Below are positions 59,291 through 64,000 of a stretch of DNA of 64,000 nt, piece after piece. The stretch is taken from NCBI GenBank assembly GCA_002104905.1, contig MCFE01000280.1, positions 1 through 64,000 on the forward strand, read 5' to 3'. Within the stretch, counting starts at the first letter, position 1. The number at the start of each line of letters is the position of its first letter. The notes below the pieces were generated by a model that saw nothing but the letters and a program-made list of their open reading frames with translations, searched no databases and was not told the origin of the DNA. Source of the DNA: Basidiobolus meristosporus CBS 931.73 (Eukaryota > Fungi > Basidiobolomycota). The position numbers and the translations under genes were made by a program.

Positions 59291-61209
59291 TTATACTATG
59301 TACATGTTAAGTTACATCCCAGGATGATATTGGCAAGAACTAGTAGTAAATCAGCAAAGCCCCCATTACTGATATTAGTAGAACAACACCACTTCTCTAG
59401 CCATAACAGCACATTATTCACAAGTATATGGATTACTGGGCTCACTTGACTCAATAAAGAACCTTCAACATTCTTTTACATGAGTGTTGTCTCATTGCAT
59501 ATTCAGATTTTGCCAGGCACATGCAGAGTACTGCTGTCAGTGGAGATAGGCTCACAAACTATCAGTAAGCCTGCTTCTTCAGAGCTATTACTCTGCATAG
59601 CATATTCAGAAGGCTGGGGTGAGCCTATAGATGTCATAAACTGACCTAACTCAGTTTGCCTAAGGTGACAAGTACAGCAAGGTGCTGTTACAGAGGTATC
59701 AACTGACTGGCACAATATTGCTGGTACAGTAGTGACCAAAGAATGATCTAATGAGACTTTTGTGACAAAACACTGCTGTAACTCTTGTAACACATCCTAT
59801 GCTGTCTACATGCTTCATGGATGAGAGGCTTGCTACAATAGCCACAATTGTCATTTCTCTCTTCTCTTAAAGTATTGAGTGAAAGAAGTCTGTGGTAATC
59901 AAATACTTTCCATTACCACAATATCTCAAAACCAATATGGCGCTCATTTCTTTGTTTTGCTTTTGCTATTGTAACACACAAGTGAAAGATCAAGAAATGC
60001 CTACTTTGAAGGACAAAGCTCAAGACCCTGACAAGATATCCACCCAAAACATTATGTCATGCTGAACACTCCATAGCCAACACATGTTTCAAATTAAAGC
60101 TCATCTGAAGCAGCAATTAAGAAGTTATGATCAAAAGAGTCCAATTACAAAGTATATTAGGCCTCTATTGCTTGAATTACTATGGTGCCTTTGATCACAT
60201 GTAGCAACTGAGCCAGCCAATCATATCACGTGATACTCTAGGGGAGCTCAGAATTACAATATTAGAAAATGTTTTCTCTGCAAGGAAAGTGACTTCCAAA
60301 TAAGAAAAAGTTACTACAACAGTAAATAAGCCCAATAGCCAACAGAAGGTCAGAAAACTGCTGCACAAGTGAGAAACACTGCCTACAGTATATTTTGTGC
60401 CTAAGACTGAGGTTATTAGTGAAAGTTATATCTTCTATCAATATATCAACCTCCTAATAAACTAGTTCAGTACTAGCATACTGAAAGTTGTTGTATAATG
60501 TTGGTCAGCATCTGCATTATAGAACAAGCCCCAAACTAATTATGATACAACACAACAAGTCTTGTCCACGGGGCAAACAGCTTAACACTCAACACTGTAA
60601 CTCCATTATATGATTTTCTTGTTGATACTCATGTGAACTTAAGAAAGTCCTGTATTTGAGACAATGCATTTACATGAGTGAAAGATTCAATGATGACCTG
60701 CCATAGTTCACATTACAAATAAAGCTGTGGCACCACATACACATGTATATGTATCACCGTTTCCCCTTTGGTCTAACTCACTTGTATATTTGTGCTGCCA
60801 AAAATAAAGCAAAGTCATCTTGTTCCCAATAAAACACCACTACTGACAGCAGCAGAAAAATGGTTTGACAACAGCTTGCTTTGACATTCAGTGCAACAGG
60901 TGAGGGTAAAGCCAAAAAAGGCCTGGTGAACAGTATGCCTGCTGCAAGTAGTAATGCAGACACCTCAGGCTCTCCATCAAGTAGGCAATTGAGAATCTCT
61001 GTTGAGCTGCAAGCTGACCACAATGCTCAGGCAGATGAGAATATAGCAAAAGCAATACCTTCAGTTGAAAACCATTAAATGGTTGTTGTAACATCACCAC
61101 CCACATTAGCAGGTAGTTTGTCAGCTCATACTAAAGCATTATCAAGGCAATTAGGTGCAGTGGCTGATAGGATATATGCAACAGCCTAGAGAAATCAGAA
61201 TATAGTCCA

Positions 61210-61877
61210 GGGGAAGTATTTAGATTCAGGAATGCATAGTTCATCAGGGTAGATGGTATTTTCAGATTTGGCCATAGAAACTAAAAGGATAGTAGAGACA
61301 GTATTAACGTGAGATCTGTTGGCAACAAGTAGGGCAAGGATCTTGTAAATTTTACCAAAGTTGAAACCGTATTATTTATGACCCAATAAACAGAAAGACA
61401 TTTGAGGTCATTAAGATCTTTGTGGGAGGAGGAGACATCAAGATAGAGATTGACAGAATTTTTGACACAGACATGTAAAGGAAGGATGGAACCTCTGAGG
61501 TGAGTTTTGGGAGAGACAAGATTATCAGCAACAGCAACGTAAGGGATGAAGATGTTGCGTAATTCTTAAATAAGAGGGATGTGTTTGATGCCACCAATGA
61601 TGTAATAACCTTTGTTGTTGATGAGGGGAGTTTTGCAGACAAGTTTGCTGTTATGGTGGATGTAATGTCCTTTGTAAGTAAGTCTTTGAATGATAGCATC
61701 ATCAGAAGATATTTTTGGGGGGATGAATTTTATGTCAAAACCAAATTTATCATTAAGTTTGAATTCAAGTTTTTGTAAGACCTAAGTATAGGAGTGGGAT
61801 ATGTTAGCATCAAAACCATATTCAAAGAAGAATCTTTGTAAAAGGTTGGAACAAAGATTCAAGAGGGAGGGAGGCAT
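61210..61877 (-). pseudogene. Putative multi-subunit RNA polymerase beta/Rpb2 N-terminal fragment, compact viral or linear-plasmid type
   Basis: Manual translation from ATG 61877: ...DIKFIPPKISSDDAIIQRLTYKGHYIHHNSKLVCKTPLINNKGYYIIGGIKHIPLI*ELRN. Stops at 61782-61784 and 61566-61568, a frameshift near 61370, and a G-poor coding strand. Confidence 0.5.
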
Positions 61878-62405
61878 AATAGGGTGCTATATATTAGTGG
61901 TAGAGCAAGGAGGAAGAGCTGCAAAATAATTCAAAGTAATAAGTTTAAATGTAATGAGTCAGAACAAATAAATTTAAACTGGGACTAATTGTGGTTTTGT
62001 AAATTGAAGGCAAACTCCCATGTTACCAAAGATACAATCTATCAATTGGGTTAAGTCAGAATTGTTTGAAGAATTAAAGGTATTTTTGTTGGAGCCAGTA
62101 GTGACAGGAGGGCCATACATGAGAAGATTGGTAATGTATACATACAATGGGCAGACAGATCCAAAGGATTTGTGCATCAAACAGTAAGAAATCCAGAAGG
62201 GTTAATATTTTGTAAGGGAGTAGCAAAGGAGAAGTTTGCCCAGGGAGATAAAAAGGTAGAGACAAACTATACTACGGCAATGTTTACCTTGAAGGGCAAT
62301 AATAGACTTGTTCCATTGTACCATGCCAGGGTGTGCGGCACAATCCACAGTTGTAAAGAACAATCAGGCACAATATTATAGCTACCAGAAGGAAGGATTG
62401 TTCTT

Positions 62406-62465
62406 GGACAATTTTGCACTATGCGGGACAATCTCGCACACTATGGCGCAATCTGACACAATGAG
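62406..62465. repeat. Three degenerate 20-bp tandem units (ggacaat/gcgcaat cores)
   Basis: Units start at 62406, 62426 and 62446; further cacaat/acaatc motifs from 62338. Confidence 0.45.
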
Positions 62466-63046
62466 GTTGGCATGGATGATTGCGCCAACTTGTAATGTTT
62501 GCATCACATGCGCAATTGGATACTGTTATTATGGCAGGTAAAATCCAGTATTTGGATATGTTTCTTTAATGTAAATGGAAATGAATGTGTATCATACTAT
62601 AAACTACACAGATACTTACCATTTTGATTACCCTCACTCTAATTGGATGGTATCTCAGTGGTTAATTGGTCCAAAAGTATCCTGAAGCTGGCAGCCCCCA
62701 ATTGGCTCATTGACTACTAGAAAAGCTACCTGATTTGCCATCAAATATCCCATTTTGCTCATTGAGCAAGTAAATCCCTGATTGTAGTGATTGGCCAAGG
62801 TGTCATAGCCAGCACGCAAGCAATTGTGTAGGTGCAAAACAGATCCAATAGCTGCACTAGTATTACAGATGACATATATATATGCAGGGTGTTTATTTAT
62901 AGGGGTTCTGTCTCAAATGTGAGATGACCTAGATATTACTTATATCAAGAATTTGATGATCACTGATTTGCAATGGCTTGATTTGGATTGCAAAAAAAAT
63001 GGGTTGTCAGGATCATTACAAATTTGAGCAATTCCAAGCAATTGCA

Positions 63047-63760
63047 TTATCTTCTCCTGGGTTTTTTTCTCACAGGGATTACTACTGAAGCATCTGGTAG
63101 TGACTCACTTTGCACACCTATACTACTTCCTGGCTGACTATCATCTTGGCTACTTGTGCATTTGTAGTCAGTATTTTGCCTCCTAGTTGATGAGTGTGAT
63201 GCTACAGCTTGGCCACACTGAATTGCTCCAACTGAACCAACTGAACCGGCCTGTAGGGCCACACGCTGACGTGTTCTTTTACTTGCCAAGGGCTCTGGTG
63301 GTTGAGGCACTTCATGTTGGTCATCATCAGTCAGTTCACCAGAAGTAACTTGCTGATGGTCAGGCAAAACGGCACGTGCAGGCGCGCCTTGATGCATTGA
63401 GATGGCCCTTGGCTGAGTTCAATGTGATGCTGCAAGTTGATGCAACTTGGTCCGCTCCAATGGACTGGTGTCTAAATTAGCAGTTTGGCGAGTTCTTGTA
63501 GTTTTGCTCTGAAGCGCGCATGTTGACCCAACGCGTGTTGACTCAATGCGGGGCGTTCTGGTAAAGGGTGTTGGCGTACTCTGGACTGACGTGCACTGGT
63601 GCGCTGTGGTTGCAAGAGATGGTAGGGAATCCAGCAAGGCATGCTGGCGTGATCTGGACAATGTTGCTTGCAGTCTGTATTCTTCCTCCTGAAGCTCACC
63701 ATCTGATTCCTCAAGGTATTCACTTACCCTCTGTCTGATACTTTGGAGCTGTTGCCTGGA
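63047..63760 (-). pseudogene. Decayed low-complexity ORF, probably a transposon accessory gene
   Basis: One frame from ...QQLQSIRQRVSEYLEESDGELQEEE to ...PVRKKPRRR*, broken by stops explicable as C-to-T changes. No family recognised. Confidence 0.35.
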
Positions 63761-64000
63761 TGAGTCCTATGTATATTGCTCTTAGAAGCCACTGCGCTCT
63801 ACTAATATATCACATAGTACATTAGTCATTTGAGGCAAAAACTCATTCAAAATCTCTTTGGTTCCCAAAGTTGAGGCACAAACGGACGCGTCCGGCCCAT
63901 ACTGTGCAAATTGCGCGCAAAATTGCTCCCGTGCGGCTTCTTTGTCAAATCCCCTCACTCTCAGCTGATTCTTGATTTCAATACTTGTCTTGTTATATAT

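Noticed and set aside
59900-61200. Fragmentary plus-strand ORFs (e.g. 60881-61078)
   Set aside because: No recognisable motif; left unannotated as decayed repeat-derived DNA.
61566-61784. Alternative genetic code (TAA/TAG = Gln) in the RNAP-like ORF
   Set aside because: There are only two such stops, the ORF also has a frameshift, and neighbouring transposon relics show the same C-to-T stops.
1-64000. tRNA, rRNA and CRISPR arrays
   Set aside because: No T-loop/cloverleaf, rRNA-like or repeat-spacer patterns noticed by eye; tRNAscan-SE and Infernal were not run.

Overview
Eukaryotic, almost certainly fungal, genomic DNA. Short GT-AG introns with CTAAC/CTAAT branch points and the gene content suggest an early-diverging lineage such as Zoopagomycota or Mucoromycota; this taxonomy is inference. 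The window has two halves. The gene-rich half (1 to ~42 kb) is built from local duplications: (a) three tandem secreted genes of architecture Cys-rich domain, Thr-rich stalk, chitin-binding module, of which one is open and two are broken; (b) a methyltransferase/efflux cluster with 3 catechol O-methyltransferase-like genes (1 intact), 1 intact plus 2 relic SABATH carboxyl methyltransferases, and 2 five-exon DHA2-type MFS transporters; (c) a kinesin-6 with an MKLP1-type tail, 2 pyrroline-5-carboxylate reductases, 3 near-identical UapA-type xanthine/urate permeases and PRP38. The other half (~42 to 64 kb) is a CpG-depleted transposon graveyard of nested Ty1/copia, solo LTRs, Ty3/gypsy, CACTA and a foldback element. 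It also holds a decayed ORF resembling the N-terminus of a compact viral or linear-plasmid RNA polymerase beta subunit. Best candidates for a new system: the COMT/SABATH/MFS cluster, whose COMT promoters carry ATCWGATAA iron-repressor boxes at exact 25-bp spacing and whose COMTs have the catalytic Lys replaced by Met; and the RNA-polymerase-like relic. No tRNA, rRNA or CRISPR features were seen. All homology calls come from motif recognition by eye; no database searches were run.
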